Shown piece by piece: positions 1 through 20,064 of a DNA stretch of 64,000 nucleotides. The stretch is taken from the NCBI RefSeq assembly GCF_009914755.1, contig NC_060948.1, one strand, 5' to 3'. A model generated the notes under the pieces. That model did no database searches. It saw only the letters and a program-made list of their open reading frames with translations, and was not told where the DNA came from. The stretch's first letter is position 1. Every line of letters starts with the position of its first letter. Source of the DNA: the human T2T-CHM13v2.0 reference genome, Homo sapiens. A program made the translations under genes and the position numbers.

Positions 1-405
1 ATATATAATTATATTTTTATACATATAACTAGATAAACATGTAATTCTACATATTTTCATTTATAATATGTAGAATTATATAATCATATATAATTATTTA
101 TATTCTATAAAAAATTTTATCATTATATAAATTATAATATATAAAAATTATAATATGTACTACAAATATATATATTATATATCATATATGATATAGTACC
201 TTTGTTATATATCATAATACATATAAATGTGTATTATGTTATCTATAATTATATAATTTCATATATAAGATGTATAATATGTATCATATATTATATATGT
301 TATGTAATATATATAGTATATATAAGATGACACAGGATAAATATTATATACTATGACATATAAAATATATGAGGTTATATGTTACATATAAGGCATAGCA
401 CATAA

Positions 406-720
<315 letters not shown>

Positions 721-1290
721 AGATCCATATTTTTTAAATGAAAAAAAATTTCAAAGGTACTCTGCTTGGTACAATAATCAAATGTATAAACTGAGGAATA
801 AAACATAACCATGAAACCTACTTATAACTGCATATGGAAAATACAGAGGATAATTTTTTAAATAACATATTTTGAAAGCCTTAACTAGTAATTTGAAGAG
901 TTGGCATTTGAAAGGCCAGTATGAATATACCTTCAAAGCAGCAACACAGGTTCCCCATGAGAAAAAGCAAACACAGGGAAAACAAAAACACAAAGGTTCA
1001 ATCTCTTCTGACCTTTGAAAGACACAGCACAGACAGTGGTCCTTAGGACGAAGAGCAGGAGACCCCTAATTCCGTCACCATGGCGATAGGGCATAAACAT
1101 TGCTGGGTGAGGGCACAATCCACATTGTGAGGTCCAACTGCTGCCAGGAAGACAGGAGTGCTTTTACATAGACCGAAAGGTCATTGAAGGCTCAGAGTTT
1201 TGTTTCAAGAACTGAATCCCAAGCCCACACGTTATTAGGCTGCGCTTCTTAAAACAAGTTATGAGATGGGAAAAAGGGCACCCACAAACA
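721..1290. repeat. HSATI-like mixed-composition subunit (U1 shown; follows each Alu, last copy 63593-64000 truncated by window)
   Basis: ~570 bp of ordinary-complexity sequence between the Alu 5' end and the onset of TA-rich sequence, near-identical in all units. Name assigned from known DYZ2 architecture, not from a database search; boundaries approximate. Confidence 0.8.
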
Positions 1291-3137
<1,847 letters not shown>

Positions 3138-5239
3138 AGATCCATATTTTTTAAATGAAAAAAAATTTCAAAGGTACTCTGCTTGGTACAATAATCAAAT
3201 GTATAAACTGAGGAATAAAACATAACCATGAAACCTACTTATAACTGCATATGGAAAATACAGAGGATAATTTTTTAAATAACATATTTTGAAAGCCTTA
3301 ACTAGTAATTTGAAGAGTTGGCATTTGAAAGGCCAGTATGAATATACCTTCAAAGCAGCAACACAGGTTCCCCATGAGAAAAAGCAAACACAGGGAAAAC
3401 AAAAACACAAAGGTTCAATCTCTTCTGACCTTTGAAAGACACAGCACAGACAGTGGTCCTTAGGACGAAGAGCAGGAGACCCCTAATTCCGTCACCATGG
3501 CGATAGGGCATAAACATTGCTGGGTGAGGGCACAATCCACATTGTGAGGTCCAACTGCTGCCAGGAAGACAGGAGTGCTTTTACATAGACCGAAAGGTCA
3601 TTGAAGGCTCAGAGTTTTGTTTCAAGAACTGAATCCCAAGCCCACACGTTATTAGGCTGCGCTTCTTAAAACAAGTTATGAGATGGGAAAAAGGGCACCC
3701 ACAAACATACGTATACATTATGTATATAATAATATACAGTATCATATATATAATATATATAACCTATGTATAATATTGTTTTACATCCTGCATCTTATGT
3801 TATATATATTGTATAAAATATAATAATTGATAATATATAAGTTTTATAATTATACAATATGACATATAGTATATATTATAATTTATGACATATATAATAT
3901 ATGTTATATGTCATATATAGAATATATTATACGGTTAATATACGTATTAAATATAAATTATACATTATATATATTATATATAATATATCTGTTATATATA
4001 ATACCCATTATGCATAATATATATATTATGTCTATGTTATATATAGTATAAAACAACATATAATAATATATAATTGTATATATAAAATGCGACATATAAT
4101 ATATATTATATTTTATAACATATGTAATATATATTATATATTATATATAATACGTTGTATGTATAATACCTATATTAAATATATATTATATGACTATGTT
4201 ATTAATTACATGTCACATGTGTTATATATTATATATTTTACATAGAATATACCGGTTACATACAATATATACTATGTTACCTATAATGTATAATTTATTA
4301 CATGTAAAATAAAGACTGCAATATATTATGTATAATTTATAATATACAATATGTGGAATGTGATATATACAACATATAATATATGATATATGATGTACAG
4401 TATATGATATATAACATACAATATATGATTCCTAATATATATGGTATACAATATATATTTTATGATATGTATTCTATATGTTTTATATTCTGCTATATAT
4501 AACTATTTGAAATTATATATAACTGTATAATATTTTATGTAAATATGTAATATAATAAACATTAACTATATAATATATTATATATAACTATATATTATGT
4601 TATATATATTTTTATAACATAATTTACATAAAATATAATATAATATATATTATAATATTTCATATTACATAATATATATTACATATCACCCAATATAACT
4701 AACATACATAATATTATAATATAGATTATATTGTGTTATATTAAATATCATATATATCATGTATCATATATTCTATAATATATATTACAGATTATATAAT
4801 ATGTATGTTGTCTATTATGTGATATATATAACTATATATATAATTATATTTTTATACATATAACTAGATAAACATGTAATTCTACATATTTTCATTTATA
4901 ATATGTAGAATTATATAATCATATATAATCATTTATATTCTATAAAAATTTTATCATTATATAAATTATAATATATAAAAATTATAATATGTACTACAAA
5001 TATATATATTTTATATCATATATGATATAGTACCTTTGTTATATATCATAATACATATAAATGTGTATTATGTTATCTATAATTATATAATTTCATATAT
5101 AAGATGTATAATATGTATCATATATTATATATGTTATGTAATATATATAGTATATATAAGATGACACAGGATAAATATTATATACTATGACATATAAAAT
5201 ATATGAGGTTATATGTTACATATAAGGCATAGCACATAA

Positions 5240-5554
<315 letters not shown>

Positions 5555-7654
5555 AGATCCATATTTTTTAAATGAAAAAAAATTTCAAAGGTACTCTGCT
5601 TGGTACAATAATCAAATGTATAAACTGAGGAATAAAACATAACCATGAAACCTACTTATAACTGCATATGGAAAATACAGAGGATAATTTTTTAAATAAC
5701 ATATTTTGAAAGCCTTAACTAGTAATTTGAAGAGTTGGCATTTGAAAGGCCAGTATGAATATACCTTCAAAGCAGCAACACAGGTTCCCCATGAGAAAAA
5801 GCAAACACAGGGAAAACAAAAACACAAAGGTTCAATCTCTTCTGACCTTTGAAAGACACAGCACAGACAGTGGTCCTTAGGACGAAGAGCAGGAGACCCC
5901 TAATTCCGTCACCATGGCGATAGGGCATAAACATTGCTGGGTGAGGGCACAATCCACATTGTGAGGTCCAACTGCTGCCAGGAAGACAGGAGTGCTTTTA
6001 CATAGACCGAAAGGTCATTGAAGGCTCAGAGTTTTGTTTCAAGAACTGAATCCCAAGCCCACACGTTATTAGGCTGCGCTTCTTAAAACAAGTTATGAGA
6101 TGGGAAAAAGGGCACCCACAAACATACGTATACATTATGTATATAATAATATACAGTATCATATATATAATATATATAACCTATGTATAATATTGTTTTA
6201 CATCCTGCATCTTATGTTATATATATTGTATAAAATATAATAATTGATAATATATAAGTTTTATAATTATACAATATGACATATAGTATATATTATAATT
6301 TATGACATATATAATATATGTTATATATCATATATAGAATATATTATACGGTTAATATACGTATTAAATATAAATTATACATTATATATATTATATATAA
6401 TATATCTGTTATATATAATACCCATCATGCATAATATATATATTATGTCTATGTTATATATAGTATAAAACAACATATAATAATATATAATTGTATATAT
6501 AAAATGCGACATAGAATATATGTTATATTTTATAACATATGTAATATATATTATATATAATACGTTGTATGTATAATACCTATATTAAATATATATTATA
6601 TGACTATGTTATTAATTACATGTCACATGTGTTATATATTATATATTTTACATAGAATATACCGGTTACATACAATATATACTATGTTACCTATAATGTA
6701 TAATTTATTACATGTAAAATAAAGACTGCAATATATTATGTATAATTTATAATATACAATATGTGGAATGAGATATATATAACATATAATATATGATATA
6801 TGATATACAGTATATGATATATAACATACAATATATGATTCCTAATATATATGGTATACAATATATATTTTATGATATGTATTCTATATGTTTTATATTC
6901 TGTTATATATAACTATTTGAAATTATATGTAACTGTATAATATTTTATGTAAATATGTAATATAATATATATAACTATATAATATATTATATATAACTAT
7001 ATATTATGTTATATATACTTTTATAACATAATTTACATAAAATATCATAATATAATATATATTATATTATTTCATATTACATAATATATATTACATATCA
7101 CCCAATATAACTAACATACATAATATTATAATATAGATTATATTGTGTTATATTAAATATCATATATATCATGTGTCATATATTCTATAATATATATTAC
7201 ACATTATATAATATGTATGTTGTCTATTATGTGATATACATAACTATATATATAATTATATTTTTATACATATAACTAGATAAACATGTAATTCTACATA
7301 TTTTCATTTATAATATGTAGAATTATATAATCATATATAATTATTTATATTCTATAAAAAATTTTATCATTATATAAATTATAATATATAAAAATTATAA
7401 TATGTACTACAAATATATATATATTATATATCATATATGATATAGTACCTTTGTTATATATCATAATACATATAAATGTGTATTATGTTATCTATAATTA
7501 TATAATTTCATATATAAGATGTATAATATGTATCATATATTATATATGTTATGTAATATATATAGTATATATAAGATGACACAGGATAAATATTATATAC
7601 TATGACATATAAAATATATGAGGTTATATGTTACATATAAGGCATAGCACATAA

Positions 7655-7969
<315 letters not shown>

Positions 7970-10097
7970 AGATCCATATTTTTTAAATGAAAAAAAATTT
8001 CAAAGGTACTCTGCTTGGTACAATAATCAAATGTATAAACTGAGGAATAAAACATAACCATGAAACCTACTTATAACTGCATATGGAAAATACAGAGGAT
8101 AATTTTTTAAATAACATATTTTGAAAGCCTTAACTAGTAATTTGAAGAGTTGGCATTTGAAAGGCCAGTATGAATATACCTTCAAAGCAGCAACACAGGT
8201 TCCCCATGAGAAAAAGCAAACACAGGGAAAATAAAAACACAAAGGTTCAATCTCTTCTGACCTTTGAAAGACACAGCACAGACAGTGGTCTTTAGGACGA
8301 AGAGCAGGAGACCCCTAATTCCGTCACCATGGCGATAGGGCATAAACATTGCTGGGTGAGGGCTCAATCCACATTGTGAGGTCCAACTGCTGCCAGGAAG
8401 ACAGGAGTGCTTTTACATAGAGCGAAAGGTCATTGAAGGCTCAGAGTTTTGTTTCAAGAACTGAATCCCAAGCCCACACGTTATTAGGCTGCGCTTCTTA
8501 AAACAAGTTATGAGATGGGAAAAAGGGCACCCACAAACATACGTATACATTATGTATATAATAATATACAGTATCATATATATAATATATATAACCTATG
8601 TATAATATTGTTTTACATCCTGCATCTTATGTTATATATATTGTATAAAATATAATAATTGATAATATATAAGTTTTATAATTATACAATATGACATATA
8701 GTATATATTATAATTTATGACATATATAATATATGTTATATATCATATATAGAATATATTATACGGTTAATATACGTATTAAAAATAAATTATACCTTAT
8801 ATATATTATATATAATATATCTGTTATATATAATACCCATTATGCATAATATATATATTATGTCTATGTTATATATAGTATAAAACAACATATAATAATA
8901 TATAATTGTATACATAAAATGCGACATAGAATATATATTATATTTTATAACATATGTAATATATATTATATATTATATATAATACGTTGTATGTATAATA
9001 CCTATATTAAATATATATTATATGACTATGTTATTAATTACATGTCACATGTGTTATATATTATATATTTTACATAGAATATACCGGTAACATACAATAT
9101 ATACTATGTTACATATAATGTATAATTTATTACATGTAAAATAAAGAATGCAATATATTATGTATAATTTATAATATACAATATGTGGAATGTGATATAT
9201 GTAACATATAATATATGATATATGATATACAGTATATGATATATAACATACAATATATGATTCCTAATATATATGGTATACAATATATATTTTATGATAT
9301 GTATTCTATATGTTTTATATTCTGTTATATATAACTATTTGAAATTATATATAACTGTATAATATTTTATGTAAATATGTAATATAATATATATAACTAT
9401 ATAATATATTATATACAACTATATATTATGTTATATATACTTTTATAACATAATTTACATAAAATATCATAATATAATATATATTATATTATTTCATATT
9501 ACATAATATATATTACATATCACCCAATATAACTAACATACATAATATTATAATATAGATTATATTGTGTTATATTAAATATCATATATATCATGTATCA
9601 TATATTCTATAATATATATTACACATTATATAATATGTATGTTGTCTATTATGTGATATACATAACTATATATATAATTATATTTTTATACATATAACTA
9701 GATAAACATGTAATTCTACATATTTTCATTTATAATATGTAGAATTATATAATCATATATAATTATTTATATTCTATAAAAAATTTTATCATTATATGAA
9801 TTATAATATAAAAAAATTATAATATGTACTACAAATATATTTATTATATATCATATATGATATAGTACCTTTGTTATATATCATAATACATATAAATGTG
9901 TATTATGTTATCTATAATTATATAATTTCATATATAAGGTGTATAATATGTATCATATATTATATATGTTATGTAATATATATAGTATATATAAGATGAC
10001 ACAGGATAAATATTATATACTATGACATATAAAATATATGAGGTTATATGTTACATATAAGGCATAGCACATAACATGTAATATATATCATATATAA

Positions 10098-10388
10098 TTT
10101 TTTTTAGACAGAATCTTGTCCTGTTGCACAGGGTGGGGTACAATGGCGCCATCTTTGCTCACTGCAACTTCTGCCTCACGGGTCCAAGCGATTGTCCTCC
10201 CTCAGCCTCCCAGGTAGCTGGGACTACACCACACTGGGACTACACCAGCTGCCACCATGCCTAGCTAATTTTTTGGATTTTTAGTAGTGACAGCGTTTCA
10301 CTGTATTGGCCAGGATGGTCTTGATCTCTTCACCTTGTGATCCCCTTGCCTTGGCCTCCAAATTTGCTGGGATTACAGGCCTGAGCCA
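10098..10388 (-). mobile_element. Diverged Alu, U5 (T8 tail)
   Basis: Near-identical to U1 Alu. Confidence 0.95.
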
Positions 10389-12493
10389 AGATCCATATTT
10401 TTTAAATGAAAAAAAATTTCAAAGGTACTCTGCTTGGTACAATAATCAAATGTATAAACTGAGGAATAAAACATAACCATGAAACCTACTTATAACTGCA
10501 TATGGAAAATACAGAGGATAATTTTTTAAATAACATATTTTGAAAGCCTTAACTAGTAATTTGAAGAGTTGGCATTTGAAAGGCCAGTATGAATATACCT
10601 TCAAAGCAGCAACACAGGTTCCCCATGAGAAAAAGCAAACACAGGGAAAATAAAAACACAAAGGTTCAATCTCTTCTGACCTTTGAAAGACACAGCACAG
10701 ACAGTGGTCCTTAGGACGAAGAGCAGGAGACCCCTAATTCCGTCACCATGGCGATAGGGCATAAACATTGCTGGGTGAGGGCACAATCCACATTGTGAGG
10801 TCCAACTGCTGCCAGGAAGACAGGAGTGCTTTTACATAGACCGAAAGGTCATTGAAGGCTCAGAGTTTTGTTTCAAGAACTGAATCCCAAGCCCACACGT
10901 TATTAGGCTGCGCTTCTTAAAACAAGTTATGAGATGGGAAAAAGGGCACCCACAAACATACGTATACATTATGTATATAATAATATACAGTATCATATAT
11001 ATAATATATATAACCTATGTATAATATTGTTTTACATCCTGCATCTTATGTTATATATATTGTATAAAATATAATAATTGATAATATATAAGTTTTATAA
11101 TTATACAATATGACATATAGTATATATTATAATTTATGACATATATAATATATGTTATATGTCATATATAGAATATATTATACGGTTAATATACGTATTA
11201 AATATAAATTATACATTATATATATTATATATAATATATCTGTTATATATAATACCCATTATGCATAATATATATATTATGTCTATGTTATATATAGTAT
11301 AAAACAACATATAATAATATATAATTGTATATATAAAATGCGACATATAATATATATTATATTTTATAACATATGTAATATATATTATATATTATATATA
11401 ATACGTTGTATGTATAATACCTATACTAAATATATATTATATGACTATGTTATTGATTACATGTCACATGTGTTATATATTATATATTTTACATAGAATA
11501 TACCGGTTACATACAATATATACTATATTACCTATGATGTATAATTTATTACATGTAAAATAAAGAATTCAATATATTATGTATAATTTATAATATACAA
11601 TATGTGGAATGTGATATATATAACATATAATATATGATATATGATATACAGTATATGATATATAACATACAATATATGATTCCTAATATATATGGTATAC
11701 AATATATATTTTATGACATGTATTCTATATGTTTTATATTCTGTTATATATAACTATTTGAAATTATATATAACTGTATAATATTTTATGTAAATATGTA
11801 ATATAATATATATAACTATATAATATATTATATATAACTATATATTATGTTATATATACTTTTATAACATAATTTACATAAAATATCATAATATAATATA
11901 TATTATATTATTTCATATTACATAATATATATTACATATCACCCAATATAACTAACATACATAATATTATAATATAGATTATATTATGTTATATTAAATA
12001 TCATATATATCATGTATCATATATTCTATAATATATATTACACATTATATAATATGTATGTTGTCTATTATGTGATATATATAACTATATATATAATTAT
12101 ATTTTTATACATATAACTAGATAAACATGTAATTCTACATATTTTCATTTATAATATGTAGAATTATATAATCATATATAATTATTTATATTCTATAAAA
12201 AATTTTATCATTATATAAATTATAATATATAAAAATTATAATATGTACTACAAATATATATATTATATATCATATATGATATAGTACTTTTGTTATATAT
12301 CATAATACATATAAATGTGTATTATGTTATCTATAATTATATAATTTCATATATAAGATGTATAATATGTATCATATATTATATATGTTATGTAATATAT
12401 ATAGTATATATAAGATGACACAGGATAAATATTATATACTATGACATATAAAATATATGAGGTTATATGTTACATATAAGGCATAGCACATAA

Positions 12494-12808
<315 letters not shown>

Positions 12809-14936
12809 AGATCCGTATTTTTTAAATGAAAAAAAATTTCAAAGGTACTCTGCTTGGTACAATAATCAAATGTATAAACTGAGGAATAAAACATAACCAT
12901 GAAACCTACTTATAACTGCATATGGAAAATACAGAGGATAATTTTTTAAATAACATATTTTGAAAGCCTTAACTAGTAATTTGAAGAGTTGGCATTTGAA
13001 AGGCCAGTATGAATATACCTTCAAAGCAGCAACACAGGTTCCCCATGAGAAAAAGCAAACACAGGGAAAATAAAAACACAAAGGTTCAATCTCTTCTGAC
13101 CTTTGAAAGACACAGCACAGACAGTGGTCCTTAGGACGAAGAGCAGGAGACCCCTAATTCTGTCACCATGGCGATAGGGCATAAACATTGCTGGGTGAGG
13201 GCACAATCCACATTGTGAGGTCCAACTGCTGCCAGGAAGACAGGAGTGCTTTTACATAGACCGAAAGGTCATTGAAGGCTCAGAGTTTTGTTTCAAGAAC
13301 TGAATCACAAGCCCACACGTTATTAGGCTGCGCTTCTTAAAACAAGTTATGAGATGGGAAAAAGGGCACCCACAAACATACGTATACATTATGTATATAA
13401 TAATATACAGTATCATATATATAATATATATAACCTATGTATAATATTGTTTTACATCCTGCATCTTATGTTATATATATTGTATAAAATATAATAATTG
13501 ATAATATATAAGTTTTATAATTATACAATATGACATATAGTATATATTATAATTTATGACATATATAATATATGTTATATATCATATATAGAATATATTA
13601 TACGGTTAATATTCGTATTAAATATAAATTATACATTATATATATTATATATAATATATCTGTTATATATAATACCCATTATGCATAATATATATATTAT
13701 GTCTATGTTATATATAGTATAAAACAACATATAATAATATATAATTGTATATATAAAATGCGACATATAATATATATTATATTTTATAACATATGTAATA
13801 TATATTATATATTATATATAATACGTTGTATGTATAATACCTATATTAAATATATATTATATGACTATGTTATTAATTACATGTCACATGTGTTATATAT
13901 TATATATTTTACATAGAATATACCGGTTACATACAATATATACTATGTTACCTATAATGTATAATTTATTACATGTAAAATAAAGAATGCAATATATTAT
14001 GTATAATTTATAATATACAATATGTGGAATGTGATATATATAACATATAATATATGATATATGATATACAGTATATGATATATAACATACAATATATGAT
14101 TCCTAATATATATGGTATACAATATATATTTTATGATATGTATTCTATATGTTTTATATTCTGTTATATATAACTATTTGAAATTATATATAACTGTATA
14201 ATATTTTATGTAAATATGTAATATAATATATATAACTATATAATATATTATATATAACTATATATTATGTTATATATACTTTTATTACATAATTTACATA
14301 AAATATCATAATATAATATATATTATATTATTTCATATTACATAATATATATTACATATCACCCAATATAACTAACATACATAATATTATAATATAGATT
14401 ATATTATGTTATATTAAATATCATATATATCATGTATCATATATTCTATAATATATATTACACTTTATATAATATGTATGTTGTCTCTTATGTGATATAT
14501 ATAACTATATATATAATTATATTTTTATACATATAACTAGATAAACATGTAATTCTACATATTTTCATTTATAATATGTAGAATTATATAATCATATATA
14601 ATTATTTATATTCTATAAAAAATTTTATCATTATATAAATTATAATATATAAAAATTATAATATGTACTACAAATATATATATTATATATCATATATGAT
14701 ATAGTACCTTTGTTATATATCATAATACATATAAATGTGTATTATGTTATCTATAATTATATAATTTCATATATAAGATGTATAATATGTATCATATATT
14801 ATATATGTTATGTAATATATATAGTATATATAAGATGACACAGGATAAATATTATATACTATGACATATAAAATATATGAGGTTATATGTTACATATAAG
14901 GCATAGCACATAACATGTAATATATATCATATATAA

Positions 14937-15227
14937 TTTTTTTTAGACAGAATCTTGTCCTGTTGCACAGGGTGGGGTACAATGGCGCCATCTTTGCTCA
15001 CTGCAACTTCTGCCTCACGGGTCCAAGCGATTGTCCTCCCTCAGCCTCCCAGGTAGCTGGGACTACACCACACTGGGACTACACCAGCTGCCACCATGCC
15101 TAGCTAATTTTTTGGATTTTTAGTAGTGACAGCGTTTCACTGTATTGGCCAGGATGGTCTTGATCTCTTCACCTTGTGATCCCCTTGCCTTGGCCTCCAA
15201 ATTTGCTGGGATTACAGGCCTGAGCCA
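14937..15227 (-). mobile_element. Diverged Alu, U7 (T8 tail)
   Basis: Near-identical to U1 Alu. Confidence 0.95.
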
Positions 15228-17355
15228 AGATCCGTATTTTTTAAACGAAAAAAAATTTCAAAGGTACTCTGCTTGGTACAATAATCAAATGTATAAACTG
15301 AGGAATAAAACATAACCATGAAACCTACTTATAACTGCATATGGAAAATACAGAGGATAATTTTTTAAATAACATATTTTGAAAGCCTTAACTAGTAATT
15401 TGAAGAGTTGGCATTTGAAAGGCCAGTATGAATATACCTTCAAAGCAGCAACACAGGTTCCCCATGAGAAAAAGCAAACACAGGGAAAATAAAAACACAA
15501 AGGTTCAATCTCTTCTGACCTTTGAAAGACACAGCACAGACAGTGGTCCTTAGGACGAAGAGCAGGAGACCCCTAATTCCGTCACCATGGCGATAGGACA
15601 TAAACATTGCTGGGTGAGGGCACAATCCACATTGTGAGGTCCAACTGCTGCCAGGAAGACAGGAGTGCTTTTACATAGACCGAAAGGTCATTGAAGGCTC
15701 AGAGTTTTGTTTCAAGAACTGAATCACAAGCCCACACGTTATTAGGCTGCGCTTCTTAAAACAAGTTATGAGATGGGAAAAAGGGCACCCACAAACATAC
15801 GTATACATTATGTATATAATAATATACAGTATCATATATATAATATATATAACCTATGTATAATATTGTTTTACATCCTGCATCTTATGTTATATATATT
15901 GTATAAAATATAATAATTGATAATATATAAGTTTTATAATTATACAATATGACATATAGTATATATTATAATTTATGACATATATAATATATGTTATATA
16001 TCATATATAGAATATATTATACGGTTAATATTCGTATTAAATATAAATTATACATTATATATATTATATATAATATATCTGTTATATATAATACCCATTA
16101 TGCATAATATATATATTATGTCTATGTTATATATAGTATAAAACAACATATAATAATATATAATTGTATATATAAAATGCGACATATAATATATATTATA
16201 TTTTATAACATATGTAATATATATTATATATTATATATAATACGTTGTATGTATAATACCTATATTAAATATATATTATATGACTATGTTATTAATTACA
16301 TGTCACATGTGTTATATATTATATATTTTACATAGAATATACCGGTTACATACAATATATACTATGTTACCTATAATGTATAATTTATTACATGTAAAAT
16401 AAAGAATGCAATATATTATGTATAATTTATAATATACAATATGTGGAATGTGATATATATAACATATAATATATGATATATGATATACAGTATATGATAT
16501 ATAACATACAATATATGATTCCTAATATATATGGTATACAATATATATTTTATGATATGTATTCTATATGTTTTATATTCTGTTATATATAACTATTTGA
16601 AATTATATATAACTGTATAATATTTTATGTAAATATGTAATATAATATATATAACTATATAATATATTATATATAACTATATATTATGTTATATATACTT
16701 TTATTACATAATTTACATAAAATATCATAATATAATATATATTATATTATTTCATATTACATAATATATATTACATATCACCCAATATAACTAACATACA
16801 TAATATTATAATATAGATTATATTATGTTATATTAAATATCATATATATCATGTATCATATATTCTATAATATATATTACACATTATATAATATGTATGT
16901 TGTCTATTATGTGATATATATAACTATATATATAATTATATTTTTATACATATAACTAGATAAACATGTAATTCTACATATTTTCATTTATAATATGTAG
17001 AATTATATAATCATATATAATTATTTATATTCTATAAAAAATTTTATCATTATATGAATTATAATATATAAAAATTATAATATGTACTACAAATATATAT
17101 ATTATATATCATATATGATATAGTACCTTTGTTATATATCATAATACATATAAATGTGTATTATGTTATCTATAATTATATAATTTCATATATAAGATGT
17201 ATAATATGTATCATATATTATATATGTTATGTAATATATATTGTATATATAAGATGACACAGGATAAATATTATATACTATGACATATAAAATATATGAG
17301 GTTATATGTTACATATAAGGCATAGCACATAACATGTAATATATATCATATATAA

Positions 17356-17647
17356 TTTTTTTTTAGATACAATCTTGTCCTGTTGCACAGGGTGGGGTAC
17401 AATGGCGCCATCTTTGCTCACTGCAACTTCTGCCTCACGGGTCCAAGCGATTGTCCTCCCTCAGCCTCCCAGGTAGCTGGGACTACACCACACTGGGACT
17501 ACACCAGCTGCCACCATGCCTAGCTAATTTTTTGGATTTTTAGTAGTGACAGCGTTTCACTGTATTGGCCAGGATGGTCTTGATCTCTTCACCTTGTGAT
17601 CCCCTTGCCTTGGCCTCCAAATTTGCTGGGATTACAGGCCTGAGCCA
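17356..17647 (-). mobile_element. Diverged Alu, U8
   Basis: Near-identical to U1 Alu; agatacaatc variant. Confidence 0.95.
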
Positions 17648-19773
17648 AGATCCGTATTTTTTAAATGAAAAAAAATTTCAAAGGTACTCTGCTTGGTACA
17701 ATAATCAAATGTATAAACTGAGGAATAAAACATAACCATGAAACCTACTTATAACTGCATATGGAAAATACAGAGGATAATTTTTTAAATAACATATTTT
17801 GAAAGCCTTAACTAGTAATTTGAAGAGTTGGCATTTGAAAGGCCAGTATGAATATACCTTCAAAGCAGCAACACAGGTTCCCCATGAGAAAAAGCAAACA
17901 CAGGGAAAATAAAAACACAAAGGTTCAATCTCTTCTGACCTTTGAAAGACACAGCACAGACAGTGGTCCTTAGGACGAAGAGCAGGAGACCCCTAATTCC
18001 GTCACCATGGCGATAGGGCATAAACATTGCTGGGTGAGGGCACAATCCACATTGTGAGGTCCTACTGCTGCCAGGAAGACAGGAGTGCTTTTACATAGAC
18101 CGAAAGGTCATTGAAGGCTCAGAGTTTTGTTTCAAGAACTGAATCCCAAGCCCACACGTTATTAGGCTGCGCTTCTTAAAACAAGTTATGAGATGGGAAA
18201 AAGGGCACCCACAAACATACGTATACATTATGTATATAATAATATAGAGTGTCATATATATAATATATATAACCTATGTATAATATTGTTTTACATCCTG
18301 CATCTTATGTTATATATATTGTATAAAATATAATAATTGATAATATATAAGTTTTATAATTATACAATATGACATATAGTATATATTATAATTTATGACA
18401 TATGTAATATATGTTATATATCATATACAGAATATATTATACGGTTAATATACGTATTAAAAATAAATTATACCTTATATATATTATATATAATATATCT
18501 GTTATATATAATACCCATTATGCATAATATATATATTATGTCTATGTTATATATAGTATAAAACAACATATAATAATATATAATTGTATACATAAAATGC
18601 GACAGAATATATATTATATTTTATAACATATGTAATATATATTATATATTATATATAATACGTTGTATGTATAATACCTATATTAAATATATATTATATG
18701 ACTATGTTATTAATTACATGTCACATGTGTTATATATTATATATTTTACATAGAATATACCGGTAACATACAATATATACTATGTTACATATAATGTATA
18801 ATTTATTACATGTAAAATAAAGAATGCAATATATTATGTATAATTTATAATATACAATATGTGGAATGTGATATATGTAACATATAATATATGATATATG
18901 ATATACAGTATATGATATATAACATACAAGATATGATTCCTAATATATATGGTATACAATATATATTTTATGATATGTATTCTATATGTTTTATATTCTG
19001 TTATATATAACTATTTGAAATTATATATAACTGTATAATATTTTATGTAAATATGTAATATAATATATATAACTATATAATATATTATATATAACTATAT
19101 ATTATGTTATATATACTTTTATAACATAATTTACATAAAATATCATAATATAATATATATTATATTATTTCATATTACATAATATATATTACATATCACC
19201 CAATATAACTAACATACATAATATTATAATATAGATTATATTGTGTTATATTAAATATCATATATATCATGTATCATATATTCTATAATATATATTACAC
19301 ATTATATAATATGTATGTTGTCTATTATGTGATATACATAACTATATATATAATTATATTTTTATACATATAACTAGATAAACATGTAATTCTACATATT
19401 TTCATTTATAATATGTAGAATTATATAATCATATATAATTATTTATATTCTATAAAAAATTTTATCATTATATGAATTATAATATAAAAAAATTATAATA
19501 TGTACTACAAATATATTTATTATATATCATATATGATATAGTACCTTTGTTATATATCATAATACATATAAATGTGTATTATGTTATCTATAATTATATA
19601 ATTTCATATATAAGGTGTATAATATGTATCATATATTATATATGTTATGTAATATATATAGTATATATAAGATGACACAGGATAAATATTATATACTATG
19701 ACATATAAAATATATGAGGTTATATGTTACATATAAGGCATAGCACATAACATGTAATATATATCATATATAA

Positions 19774-20064
19774 TTTTTTTTAGACAGAATCTTGTCCTGT
19801 TGCACAGGGTGGGGTACAATGGCGCCATCTTTGCTCACTGCAACTTCTGCCTCACGGGTCCAAGCGATTGTCCTCCCTCAGCCTCCCAGGTAGCTGGGAC
19901 TACACCACACTGGGACTACACCAGCTGCCACCATGCCTAGCTAATTTTTTGGATTTTTAGTAGTGACAGCGTTTCACTGTATTGGCCAGGATGGTCTTGA
20001 TCTCTTCACCTTGTGATCCCCTTGCCTTGGCCTCCAAATTTGCTGGGATTACAGGCCTGAGCCA
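19774..20064 (-). mobile_element. Diverged Alu, U9 (T8 tail)
   Basis: Near-identical to U1 Alu. Confidence 0.95.

Noticed and set aside
778-1118. Recurrent 71-aa and 61-aa minus-strand ORFs as a tandem gene family
   Set aside because: Both begin at TTG, overlap, resemble no domain I recognise, and are freely frameshifted (1-bp deletion near 44399 in U19, +1 in U24-27); their conservation simply mirrors the satellite.
1074-1130. Strong Kozak-like gtcaccATGg on the + strand
   Set aside because: Opens only a 16-codon frame (MAIGHKHCWVRAQSTL*); no promoter or transcript evidence.
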